DNA of 20,000 bases, from IMG/VR virus record IMGVR_UViG_3300020047_006293; one strand, 5' to 3'. Positions within the stretch are counted from its first letter, which is position 1; every line of letters begins with the position of its first letter. The notes under the pieces are model-generated. The model was not told where the DNA came from and ran no database searches. It was given only the letters and a program-made list of their open reading frames with translations. Made by a program: the position numbers and the translations under genes. Of the stretch, positions 1-8,120 are shown in pieces. The DNA is from an uncultured virus (IMG/VR IMGVR_UViG_3300020047_006293). Lineage: Duplodnaviria > Heunggongvirae > Uroviricota > Caudoviricetes.

Positions 1-1
1 T

Positions 2-610
2 GAAGACGAGACCGAATCAGAGGTTGAGCCCCCAGAGTCTACCGAAGATGAATCGCAAGAGGAATCAGAGGAATCAGAGGAACTAGACCCGAAGGAAGAA
101 GCTCGCAGACGATACGAGGAAAGGCAACGCGCTAAGGACGAATCAAAGCAAAAGATTCTCGAACAAACCCAGGACTACATCCAGGGTACGGACGACGAAA
201 CTGAGCAGCGCCTACGCACTATAGAAGTTAACGACTATATGCGGACAGTTGAGAGTAATCAAAACTCTCTCATCGGCGAATTTGAACGAGCCAAAGCGAA
301 TCCTGACCTGCAAATCTTTAACCCTGAGAACAAAGAACAGTTCAACGAGCGCTTGTACAACAAGGCTATCCAGGACTACAACGCCGGGTACCTCGACTAC
401 GACCGTTTCGGGAACATACAAGGGGTTAAGGGCTCACTATATGAACATTTAACCGAGATGGCAGCTCTCTACACAGATGCAGTCAAAGACGGGCAAGTTC
501 AGCAGGTGAGAGCAACTCGTCGTATGCGCTCTAGCGCAGATACAAAACCAGCGGCTCCACCCAAAGAAGCCCAAAAAGACCCAATCATGGAGATTCTGTC
601 GTCCGACTAA
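2..610 (+). CDS. Putative capsid scaffolding protein, 5'-truncated
   Basis: Frame is open from position 2 (EDETESEVEPPESTEDESQEESEE...), so the 239 start in the track is internal. Very acidic, helical, directly upstream of the capsid gene. Confidence 0.75.
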   Translation, partial: EDETESEVEPPESTEDESQEESEESEELDPKEEARRRYEERQRAKDESKQKILEQTQDYIQGTDDETEQRLRTIEVNDYMRTVESNQNSLIGEFERAKANPDLQIFNPENKEQFNERLYNKAIQDYNAGYLDYDRFGNIQGVKGSLYEHLTEMAALYTDAVKDGQVQQVRATRRMRSSADTKPAAPPKEAQKDPIMEILSSD

Positions 611-625
611 CAAAGGACGCTCACA

Positions 626-1474
626 ATGGCATCTGCACAAAACTACGCCTCAGCGCACCTGAAACAAGTTGACGAGCGAGTTTACCTCGAATCGCTAACA
701 ATGGGTGTGTTCGACTCAAAAGATGTTCGCCTTGACTTCAATGGCAAGAACTCTGTCACGATCTATAACGTTGACACCGTAGCCGAGAACGACTACGTCC
801 GAAGTGGCCTCAGCCGCTTTGGTGCTCTTATAGAACTTGGTACTGGTACTCAGACGATGACCCTTTCACAGGACAAGTCGTTCAGCTTCTCAATCGACCG
901 CGGTAACTACGAGGACTCTCAAATGGTTACTGAGGCTGCAAAAGCTGTTAAACGACAGGTTCGTGAAGTTTCAGTCCCTGCAACTGACGTTTACAACCTA
1001 GGTATCTTGACTGCTTACGCAATCGCTAACAGCCAGGGTTCTATCGGTTCTACCGCAGTAGCTAACACTACCGCTTACTCACTCATCCTTGCTCAGCAAG
1101 CAGCTCTTACAGAGCTCAAATACAGCAAGAAGGGTCGTACGCTTTGGGTTACTCCTACGGTTCTGAACCTCCTCAAGCGAGACCCAGAATTCAAGCTTGA
1201 CTGTGACTTTGCTTACCGCGACGGAAAAGAAGGAACGGTTGGTATGGTTGACGGTCTTGTGATCAAAGAAGTTCCTGCTTCTTACATGGTCGCTAAGTTC
1301 GAATTCATGATCACTTGTGAAGGCGTTGCTGTGGCTGTCAACAAATTCAACATGGTACGTACTATCGATAACGATAAAGACGTAGACGGTTGGATTTGTC
1401 AGGGTCGTCGATACCACGACATGTTTGTCCTCGGACAAAAAGGTACGGGTATCCGAATCAAGACATCACCATAG
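626..1474 (+). CDS. Major capsid protein (HK97 fold, N4-gp56-like)
   Basis: 282 aa; AAGGA RBS; motifs such as DFNGKNSVTIY..DYVRSG, MTLSQDKSFSFSID, GRTLWVTP..LLKRDPEF, VGMVDGLVIKEVP, QGRRYHDMFVL; position after scaffold. Confidence 0.85.
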   Translation: MASAQNYASAHLKQVDERVYLESLTMGVFDSKDVRLDFNGKNSVTIYNVDTVAENDYVRSGLSRFGALIELGTGTQTMTLSQDKSFSFSIDRGNYEDSQMVTEAAKAVKRQVREVSVPATDVYNLGILTAYAIANSQGSIGSTAVANTTAYSLILAQQAALTELKYSKKGRTLWVTPTVLNLLKRDPEFKLDCDFAYRDGKEGTVGMVDGLVIKEVPASYMVAKFEFMITCEGVAVAVNKFNMVRTIDNDKDVDGWICQGRRYHDMFVLGQKGTGIRIKTSP

Positions 1475-1522
1475 TTAATTAACATCCCGCTGATTTAGAG
1501 AGCGGAGAAATGGAGACTCCTA

Positions 1523-1726
1523 ATGTTCGAAAAACAAGAAGATGGTAACAGCAAGAGTGGCTGGTACAAACACGAAGAAACTGGCGCAGTTGTAGAACTC
1601 GTCAATGACTCAAAGTACGGTACACCACTCACTAACGCTTACATCCGCGCCGGTTACGTCTATGTAGGCGATACTGACCCACGCGAAAAGGCTTCTAAAG
1701 AAGACAAAAAAGCCTCCGAGAAATAG
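1523..1726 (+). CDS. Small hypothetical phage protein
   Basis: 67-aa ORF with GGAG 7 nt upstream; fills the gap after the capsid gene. Confidence 0.7.
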   Translation: MFEKQEDGNSKSGWYKHEETGAVVELVNDSKYGTPLTNAYIRAGYVYVGDTDPREKASKEDKKASEK

Positions 1727-1751
1727 CAATTTAAACCAAAGGACTTAAGAA

Positions 1752-2171
1752 ATGGCAAACCCAGCATTTTCAACCCGCTACCGCCTTCCTGATGGTCGCT
1801 ACGCTGTGAACGTCACAGAGGCTAAGACCCTGACGGCTGCTGATAGCGGTCTGGTACAAAACGTAACTGCTGCAAGTGTTACCGTTACTCTTCCTGCAAC
1901 CGCTACTCAGGGCGTATTTATCGTTCGTGACGGTGGTGTAAAGGGTACTAACGCTGCAACTGGTGCAATCGCTGCTGCTGCTGCTCCAAAGGTAGACCCA
2001 GACAACGCTGACACTGTACAAGGTTTCAACGTATCTGGTACGGCTGCTGACGGTAAATACCTCTACAGCACAAGCGCACGTGTCGGTGACGAACTTACTG
2101 TTATCAACACTGGTAACACCAACGGTGGAATCGTCGGCGCAAACGTCGGTGACTGGAGCCGCGAGGCCTAG
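1752..2171 (+). CDS. Putative head decoration/minor capsid protein
   Basis: 139 aa, Ala/Thr/Gly/Val-rich beta-type sequence (AKTLTAADSG...SVTVTLPATA), AAGGA RBS, capsid-like codon usage. Confidence 0.55.
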   Translation: MANPAFSTRYRLPDGRYAVNVTEAKTLTAADSGLVQNVTAASVTVTLPATATQGVFIVRDGGVKGTNAATGAIAAAAAPKVDPDNADTVQGFNVSGTAADGKYLYSTSARVGDELTVINTGNTNGGIVGANVGDWSREA

Positions 2172-2182
2172 TTAACCAACCC

Positions 2183-2248
2183 GGGGTGGTATTTCCCACG
2201 AAAGATGTAGCCTCACCAGCCAGAACATCGAGGGACATATACCACCCC
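2183..2248 (+). repeat. Long imperfect intergenic hairpin
   Basis: GGGGTGGTAT (2183-2192) pairs with ATACCACCCC (2239-2248); inner stems TCCC/GGGA and GATGT/ACATC. Confidence 0.75.
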
Positions 2249-2263
2249 ACCAAAGGAACACAT

Positions 2264-3229
2264 ATGGATTTAAACAAACGAGCTCCAGTACGCAACCACT
2301 ACAAAGCTCTAGAGGACTCTGCGCTTCTTACATCTCGACACACCGAGCAAGTGAAGCAACTCCAGTCCCTAGAAAATACTGTACTCACAGCGATAGCCTC
2401 GCTGGTTCGTTTTATGGACGGGAAGACTACTAAAACAGAGGTAGTTAACCAACTAAAATCCATCGCTACCCCAGATGTGGAAAAGGTAGTAAAGGCGGTA
2501 GAAAAGCTCGACCAATCTGTCCTCACCAACAAGATTGACCTCAAGCCCCTTGAAGACTTACTCAAAGGCGTACGTCGTGAAGTATCTCTGATACCTAAAG
2601 AGCACGCTAAACAGGAAAAGGTTGAGAGCGTTAAAGTATCTAACCTCTCGGAAGTGAAGCTCGATGTGTCTTCACTTGAGAAGGCAATTAAAGCCCTCAA
2701 ACTCGACCCGACTATAGATGTGAAAGCACCTGTCGTATCTGTTGACGCTCCTGATCTCAAGCCAATTCAGGATGTCATGCTTGATCTACTCAAAGCAGTT
2801 CGAGCTCAGAAGTACCCTGAGTTCCCTAAGATTCCCGAAACCGATCTATCCAAGGTAGAGAAGAAACTCGATGAGTCAAATAAGCATCTAAAGAAACTTG
2901 TTGATAAACCTGTTGGTGGAGGCGGCGGTGGCGGTAACGGAACACCCTATACAGATGACGTCGGTACGCCAAAGAATGTAGTGCTTGATAACGGCGCTAT
3001 CCCGGTCACTTCTGGCGGCATAGCTTCCTACCAAGTGAACGACATTGAAGAGAGTACGACATCATATTTTGGTTTTTCAACGTCAGCCGGGGAGTGGATG
3101 ATAAAAGCGCTCACAGATACATCGGTATCCTATGCAACTGTTTCAAACAATGGAACGGTTACATCGTACACCGATGCGTGGACGGATAGAGCAACACTAA
3201 CTTACGGCCGCTACGATGAGGCCTTTTAA
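2264..3229 (+). CDS. Phage virion-associated coiled-coil protein with poly-Gly linker and small C-terminal beta domain
   Basis: Start reassigned to ATG 2264 (AAGGA RBS; the 2186 GTG lies inside the hairpin). Repeated DLxxLE/DVxxLE helices, GGGGGGG linker, C-terminal ...AWTDRATLTY domain. Confidence 0.7.
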   Translation: MDLNKRAPVRNHYKALEDSALLTSRHTEQVKQLQSLENTVLTAIASLVRFMDGKTTKTEVVNQLKSIATPDVEKVVKAVEKLDQSVLTNKIDLKPLEDLLKGVRREVSLIPKEHAKQEKVESVKVSNLSEVKLDVSSLEKAIKALKLDPTIDVKAPVVSVDAPDLKPIQDVMLDLLKAVRAQKYPEFPKIPETDLSKVEKKLDESNKHLKKLVDKPVGGGGGGGNGTPYTDDVGTPKNVVLDNGAIPVTSGGIASYQVNDIEESTTSYFGFSTSAGEWMIKALTDTSVSYATVSNNGTVTSYTDAWTDRATLTYGRYDEAF

Positions 3230-3237
3230 GGAGACAT

Positions 3238-3390
3238 ATGGAAGTTAAACCCATTAACAGTAAGGTAGACGTTGCAGTCCGTCTACTAGAGGAAAAGCTA
3301 AGTCGCGAATACGATATGAGCCTAGAAGAACTGCGTAAGGCAATCATAACTATAAAAGACGGTGAAGTAACCGTGAAAGGCAAGAAATAA
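3238..3390 (+). CDS. Small hypothetical protein (50 aa, MEVKPINSKV...VTVKGKK), not in ORF track
   Basis: AAGGAG RBS; TAATG stop/start overlap with the next gene. Confidence 0.75.
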   Translation: MEVKPINSKVDVAVRLLEEKLSREYDMSLEELRKAIITIKDGEVTVKGKK

Positions 3391-3830
3391 TGAGTAAAAG
3401 TAACGCAGCAGAAACCGCACTACTGGCACTGCTATTTAACAACACTGACTTTGCTGGCATCGGTGATGCTGGTGGACTACAGAACAGCGCAACAGCAGGT
3501 TCACTCTACATATCACTACACACTTCCGACCCTGGCGAAGCTGGCGACCAAACAACCAACGAAACAGCCTACACAAACTACGGACGTGTGGCCGTAGCTC
3601 GAAGTGGTGCAGGTTGGACGGTATCGGGAAACTCAGCAACTAACGCAGCACAAATAACGTTTCCCCAGTGTGGCGCATCTGGCGCTACCCTAACCCACGT
3701 TGGTATCGGTACAGACTCTACTGGCGCTGGCGTTCTACTGTACTCTGGTGCATTGAACTCAAGTCTAGCCGTAGCGCTTAACATTACCCCACTCTTTGCG
3801 GCAAGTGGTCTAACCGTAACTGAGGACTAG
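3390..3830 (+). CDS. Phage structural (fibre/decoration-associated) protein
   Basis: 146 aa; LYISLHTSDPGEAG...ETAYTNYGRVAV...ITFPQC...THVGIG pattern typical of small phage virion proteins. Confidence 0.7.
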   Translation: MSKSNAAETALLALLFNNTDFAGIGDAGGLQNSATAGSLYISLHTSDPGEAGDQTTNETAYTNYGRVAVARSGAGWTVSGNSATNAAQITFPQCGASGATLTHVGIGTDSTGAGVLLYSGALNSSLAVALNITPLFAASGLTVTED

Positions 3831-3831
3831 T

Positions 3832-3909
3832 ATGACAGGCCAAGAACTCGGCGAACCCATCTTTGTAGAAATAAGTGCAGGGCTTGAAGGAAAAAGCAAG
3901 GTTAACTAA
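3832..3909 (+). CDS. 25-aa micro-ORF MTGQELGEPIFVEISAGLEGKSKVN, translationally coupled
   Basis: GAGGA upstream; exactly fills the gap and ends in a TAATG overlap with the 3909 gene. Confidence 0.55.
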   Translation: MTGQELGEPIFVEISAGLEGKSKVN

Positions 3910-4769
3910 TGGCAATCGTCAATACCAAACAACTAATAGACGCGGAACTTGAGGGACGTGTACGACAGTACGTCTGGCGTAAAACTCCCTCTCAGGCTTC
4001 TACGGCTGGTATTTGGTTTGACTTGTCAATGAGCCCCGGCAACCCACCGGCACAGTATTACATCGGTTCAATTCTCAGTTCGACTGTTTTAGCTCGTTCA
4101 ACGGATGGTGGCTTTCAGCACGGGGCAAACGTGACCCCAAGTACGAAGTACCTCCGCTCAGTGACGGCTATGACATCAACTGCTACGGCTCTACCAATGC
4201 CCCTCATACTTTGCGATTACTTGATGGTCTACCCATTCGTAGATATGTCAGTAACCGACCAGCAGGACATGACAAACACTAATGTCTTAACGAGATATAC
4301 GGATGGCAAGGGTGTTCAGGTTATGGCAGTCCTAACTAACGCAGGGGTCGGCGGGCAACAGTTCTTCTTTACCTACACCAACCAAGACGGTGTTTCAGGT
4401 AGAACCTCACGGACTGTAACTATGAACGCAGCAACTGCTATTGGCTCGGTTGTTACTAGCTCAGTGTCTACCGCCAATCAATCAGGCAACCCATTCATCG
4501 GACTACAAGACGGTGATTCAGGAGTGCGAAGTATAGAGTCGGTAACTATGCTCGGGGCAGACGTAGGACTATTTGCACTTGTTCTAGTAAAACCTTTGCT
4601 TTGGACGGCCATAAACGAGATAACAGCACCATACGAAAAGGACGCCCTCTTGATAGGTGGAGACATACCTCGCATCTACGATGACGCGTTTTTAGGTATG
4701 TTGGCGCTACCGAGAGGGACATTAGCAGCAACGGCCCTTGTAGGCGATATAAAAGTAATTTGGGATTAG
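3909..4769 (+). CDS. Phage virion structural protein (paralogue of 4780-5952)
   Basis: 286 aa; shares RYTDGKGVQV, YTNQDGVSGRT, LQDGDSGVRSI, PRIYDDAFL, GDIKVIWD motifs with the downstream gene. Confidence 0.75.
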   Translation: MAIVNTKQLIDAELEGRVRQYVWRKTPSQASTAGIWFDLSMSPGNPPAQYYIGSILSSTVLARSTDGGFQHGANVTPSTKYLRSVTAMTSTATALPMPLILCDYLMVYPFVDMSVTDQQDMTNTNVLTRYTDGKGVQVMAVLTNAGVGGQQFFFTYTNQDGVSGRTSRTVTMNAATAIGSVVTSSVSTANQSGNPFIGLQDGDSGVRSIESVTMLGADVGLFALVLVKPLLWTAINEITAPYEKDALLIGGDIPRIYDDAFLGMLALPRGTLAATALVGDIKVIWD

Positions 4770-4779
4770 GAGATAACCA

Positions 4780-5952
4780 ATGCCAGGATTTTCAAGCAGC
4801 GATGCAATCGTAAACGCCCTCACCGCAGGGCAAACATTCAAAACGAACTGGACTAAGCAGTTCAACCCAACTACCGCTGCGGTAGCAGGAGAGGTACATA
4901 CCCTCTTTAGGGGCGCGGGTAACCCAGGGTCAGACGCGCTCTTTGACACAGGCTCTAACCTCACCTTTCAGGGTGTAACTGACCTAACAACTTCGGCAGG
5001 CTGCATGCAACACGGGGGCGACGTACAACCAACCTATTATAAGAGTTTGGCAGCAGCTTCAGCAGTAACAAGTGCAGCAACCACCGTACCAGGCTGGTTA
5101 GTATTAGTAGACGTAGTAGGCTTTTACCGCAAGACTTCAGTTACAACCACAACCGCAGAAGCCACCACAAACACACTAGGCTTTGGCGATACGTTTACCG
5201 CAGACGACACCACAGACGTTTGTACTTGGGGAACAAGGGTTAATAACCCTAGCAACGTTCTAACAGGTACACGGACTCGCCTGACAACAACGACTACACT
5301 CCCAGCAGGGCTGTCTCTAGCAACAGACTATTACTTCATCAAGATAGACGATAATACGTTTAAGCTAGCCACCTCGTATGCCAACGCAATAGCAGGGACG
5401 GCTATCAACATCACCTCTACCGGTACAGGCACACATACTATTTCACGCTTACTGCCTCGACATACAAACGGTGCGGGTGTCCAGGCGGTGATTTTCAACC
5501 CAGCAGCTACCGCCCTTGGTGCAGCAACGCCTAACCTTTCACTTGGTTACACGAACTCAGCCCAGACAGCATCACGGGCTACTCCTACTGTATTGCCCGT
5601 AGGCAAAACCGCAGCCTCCAACTCACTCGTACTTTACTCAGGTGCTTCGGGTGCGGGTAAGTTCAACTACACCGTACCGCTTGCAGCGGGTGACGCGGGT
5701 ATAGCTGAAATCAACACGATTCAGAACTCAACTAGCTATGTATCTGGTACTTACACGGTCGCCATGGTCAAGGAGATTACTCGTGTTCCTCTCAACGTCC
5801 TCGGACAGGCGGCAGAACGTAACCTACAGTTTGACTACCCATCACTACCTCGAATCTATGACGGTGCAGCGCTGTACTGGATGTACATGAGTTCAACGAC
5901 AACACCAGCTAACGCAACCTTCTCAGGCGATTTGACCTTTATTTGGAACTGA
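4780..5952 (+). CDS. Phage virion structural protein with inserted beta domain (paralogue of 3909-4769)
   Basis: 390 aa; RHTNGAGVQA, YTNSAQTASRAT, LAAGDAGIAEI, PRIYDGAAL, GDLTFIWN; AGGAG RBS. Confidence 0.75.
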   Translation: MPGFSSSDAIVNALTAGQTFKTNWTKQFNPTTAAVAGEVHTLFRGAGNPGSDALFDTGSNLTFQGVTDLTTSAGCMQHGGDVQPTYYKSLAAASAVTSAATTVPGWLVLVDVVGFYRKTSVTTTTAEATTNTLGFGDTFTADDTTDVCTWGTRVNNPSNVLTGTRTRLTTTTTLPAGLSLATDYYFIKIDDNTFKLATSYANAIAGTAINITSTGTGTHTISRLLPRHTNGAGVQAVIFNPAATALGAATPNLSLGYTNSAQTASRATPTVLPVGKTAASNSLVLYSGASGAGKFNYTVPLAAGDAGIAEINTIQNSTSYVSGTYTVAMVKEITRVPLNVLGQAAERNLQFDYPSLPRIYDGAALYWMYMSSTTTPANATFSGDLTFIWN

Positions 5953-5960
5953 GTTATACA

Positions 5961-6437
5961 ATGAAAGAAGAATATCGTCAACTAGCGGGCAACAGAGGAT
6001 TCGTATCTAACTACGGAAACTACAAGAACAAACACGGAGTACAGTTGCAAGGTACGACCAATAAAGGTTATTTGTTGGTTTATACTGGTGTGCGCCAAGA
6101 GCGTATTCACCGCCTAGTTGCCGAGGCATTCTTACCAAACCCCGAAAACAGGGAAGAAGTCAATCATATAGACGGACACAAAAACAACAACTCTGTAGAA
6201 AACCTTGAGTGGGCGACACACCTAGAGAATATGCAACACGCAGTACGAACAGGCTTGCATACGTTTGGTTTTGGAGAAAACTCTCGTAGGGCTATTCTTG
6301 ACAATGAAAAGGTTGCTTATATAAGAAAGCACTTCATTAAAAGACACCACGAGTTCGGGCTAACTGGACTTGGCAAGAAGTTTGGTGTAACGCCAACCAC
6401 AATATACAGGGTTGTGTATAACAAGAACTGGAACTAA
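5961..6437 (+). CDS. Free-standing HNH homing endonuclease (HNH_3 type) with C-terminal HTH-like DNA-binding domain
   Basis: IHRLVAEAFLPNPENREEVNHIDGHKNNNSVENLEWATHLENMQHA motif; LGKKFGVTPTTIYRVV HTH-like end; ATG 5961 preferred over the overlapping TTG 5943. Confidence 0.9.
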   Translation: MKEEYRQLAGNRGFVSNYGNYKNKHGVQLQGTTNKGYLLVYTGVRQERIHRLVAEAFLPNPENREEVNHIDGHKNNNSVENLEWATHLENMQHAVRTGLHTFGFGENSRRAILDNEKVAYIRKHFIKRHHEFGLTGLGKKFGVTPTTIYRVVYNKNWN

Positions 6438-6440
6438 ACT

Positions 6441-7196
6441 ATGTTACTCAATAACTACGCAATCAGAAACGCCAGTCAATCAAGGGCACTAGGGGGGAAC
6501 GTAGACCCTACCTATAACTTCAACTTGGCAAAGAGGAACACCTTTTATGTAGGTGCTAATAACGTAGTTGACGTAACAAATAGAACCTCACAGCCCGCAC
6601 AAGGACTACGCCCACCGTATTCACTTGTCTTAGCCCCTAAGGCTGGTGGCATGAGCATGTGGAATGGTGGGACTGGAGCGACTACTGGTACTGGCGTAGC
6701 TGGTCTATTCGGTACGGCAGACCTTGCGGGTGTTGGGACAATAACAAACGCCGCCGCAGGACTTATTGTTGAGATGGTCGCAGCTATCGCAGGACTCGGA
6801 GGCCTGACGGGTAGTGTTATCGGGCAGATACAGGCTTCCGCTTCACTTGCTGGTTCAGGTACGCTTACGGGTGCACAATCTGCGCTCGCTGGTATGGTCG
6901 CCGCGTTAACTGGAACTGGCCTATTATCTGACGCACAACAAGAGGCCTTAGGGCAAATGAGCGCCGAAATATACGTAAACCAGTCGCAAGCAACCGTACA
7001 AGAGATAGTGGACGCCGTGTGGAACGCCCTTGCAGCTGAATACGATCTTACGGGGACAATGGGAGAAGCGATGAATGGTGCAGGTTCAGCGGGCAACCCT
7101 TGGATAACTGATCTATCTGGTTACAACACAGCGAACACTGCTGGAAAGATTTTGAAAGACCGCTTGAGCAAGACACAGTTCCTTGGCCTCAAGTAA
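6441..7196 (+). CDS. Gly/Ala-rich phage virion protein (fibre-like)
   Basis: 251 aa with repeated xLxGxGxLT units and a C-terminal IVDAVWNALAAEYDLTGTMGEAMN motif. Confidence 0.65.
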   Translation: MLLNNYAIRNASQSRALGGNVDPTYNFNLAKRNTFYVGANNVVDVTNRTSQPAQGLRPPYSLVLAPKAGGMSMWNGGTGATTGTGVAGLFGTADLAGVGTITNAAAGLIVEMVAAIAGLGGLTGSVIGQIQASASLAGSGTLTGAQSALAGMVAALTGTGLLSDAQQEALGQMSAEIYVNQSQATVQEIVDAVWNALAAEYDLTGTMGEAMNGAGSAGNPWITDLSGYNTANTAGKILKDRLSKTQFLGLK

Positions 7197-7198
7197 TA

Positions 7199-7207
7199 TG
7201 GTATAAT
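7199..7207 (+). promoter_or_regulatory. Extended -10 promoter TGGTATAAT
   Basis: Perfect TGn-TATAAT directly after the stop codon at 7196, at the start of a non-coding stretch. Confidence 0.65.
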
Positions 7208-7212
7208 GTAGG

Positions 7213-7331
7213 TATCACAGTTCTGCCTCGTCGCAGATGAACTCTGAAGGTTTGCCCCGTCGTGGGAGCCCCGCTTGTGCCTCGTCGAAGATCAAACGGA
7301 CATTAACAAGTTTTAATGTCTGTTTTTCTTT
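7213..7331 (+). ncRNA. Candidate small structured RNA with three TGCCYCGTCG motifs
   Basis: Lies between the extended -10 and an intrinsic terminator; motif at 7224-7233, 7253-7262 and 7278-7287; the first two sit in hairpins (TCTGC-CTCGTC-GCAGA; GGTT..CCC-CGTCGT-GGG.AGCC). Confidence 0.5.
7294..7331 (+). terminator. Intrinsic terminator
   Basis: AAACGGACATTAA-CAAGTT-TTAATGTCTGTTT stem running into TTTTTCTTT. Confidence 0.65.
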
Positions 7332-7355
7332 ATAAACAGATACGCTAATTAAAAA

Positions 7356-7371
7356 CTAGGGAGATTTGTGA
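7356..7371 (+). repeat. Left arm of 16-bp inverted repeat CTAGGGAGATTTGTGA
   Basis: Exact reverse complement of 8121-8136. Confidence 0.85.
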
Positions 7372-7392
7372 TACTAGGGCTATACTGTTCCT

Positions 7393-7563
7393 ATGAGCAA
7401 CAAAATTGACTGGTGGGTATTAGTAATATCAGGCCTTCTTTTGATGCTGTTCTCTCATGGCAGCACGAATACCGTTGTAGGTGCGTTAGCTAACATAACG
7501 GGTCAGATAACGATATTGTTTGGTATAGTAGCGTTCATTAGACAACGAAGACGCAAGTCTTGA
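7393..7563 (+). CDS. Small two-TM membrane protein (56 aa, MSNKIDWWVLVISGLLLMLF...IVAFIRQRRRKS), not in ORF track
   Basis: Two hydrophobic segments and a basic C-terminal tail; TATACT 6 nt before the ATG suggests leaderless expression. Confidence 0.75.
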   Translation: MSNKIDWWVLVISGLLLMLFSHGSTNTVVGALANITGQITILFGIVAFIRQRRRKS

Positions 7564-7588
7564 CAAATTCTGTTATCTGTGGTAACAT
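7560..7588 (+). promoter_or_regulatory. Sigma70-type promoter for the CAP gene (probably leaderless)
   Basis: TTGACA (7560-7565), 17-nt spacer, TG-G-TAACAT (-10 at 7583-7588), ATG 6 nt later, no SD. Confidence 0.7.
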
Positions 7589-7594
7589 CTGGTC

Positions 7595-8107
7595 ATGAAA
7601 GTAAGCAAGACCGAAATACTCCTCATCGTACTAGCGATAGTTTCGATAGGTGGTTATATAGTCTACGCTACTCGACCCGTAGAGACTAAACCAGTCGCTC
7701 AGGTGTCTGAATATGATGTAGGTGCTCCAGATGCAACCGAAATACTCGAACTTGTAAACCAAGAGCGAGCAAAATACAATGTTGCACCATTAGTACTTGA
7801 TGATCGACTAAATAAATCAGCTGCTACAAAAGCTACTGATATGTATGAAAACCAATATTACGAGCACGTGAACCCATTAACTGGCAAGCAGGGCTACACA
7901 TACATATTTGATCAAGCACCAGAGTTATGTACGCATGCAAGCGAAAATCTGCTTGATTTTAGGGAAGGGGCTACTTCACGTGATATGTTCAACTCTTGGA
8001 TGCGATCTAAACCTCACAGAGAAGCTATGTTAGATGCACGCTACGATCTTATTGGTGAAGCGTATATAAATGGTTTTGGTGTTCAGCACTTCTGCGATGT
8101 AAAGTAA
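7595..8107 (+). CDS. Membrane-anchored CAP/SCP domain protein
   Basis: N-terminal TM; LELVNQERAKYNVAPLVLDDRLNKSAATKATDM..YYEH, SENL, WMRSKPHREAML CAP motifs. Confidence 0.9.
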   Translation: MKVSKTEILLIVLAIVSIGGYIVYATRPVETKPVAQVSEYDVGAPDATEILELVNQERAKYNVAPLVLDDRLNKSAATKATDMYENQYYEHVNPLTGKQGYTYIFDQAPELCTHASENLLDFREGATSRDMFNSWMRSKPHREAMLDARYDLIGEAYINGFGVQHFCDVK

Positions 8108-8120
8108 TTTAACCCTCGTT

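Noticed and set aside
52..83. GAGGAATCA tandem repeat
   Set aside because: Ordinary coding repeat (EES) in an acidic scaffold linker
5932..5962. TTGACC-N17-TATACA promoter for the HNH gene
   Set aside because: The -10 lacks the conserved final T, and any start site would fall downstream of the ATG
5953..6440. Group I intron housing the HNH gene
   Set aside because: No non-coding room for a ribozyme core; flanking genes are complete
6545..7096. Long minus-strand ORFs here and at 2299-2760, 16984-17751
   Set aside because: Shadow frames of Gly/Ala/Thr-rich genes with no initiation signals or recognisable motifs
7224..7287. Three short repeats as a mini-CRISPR array
   Set aside because: Repeats are only 10 nt with 19- and 15-nt spacers, and there are no cas genes
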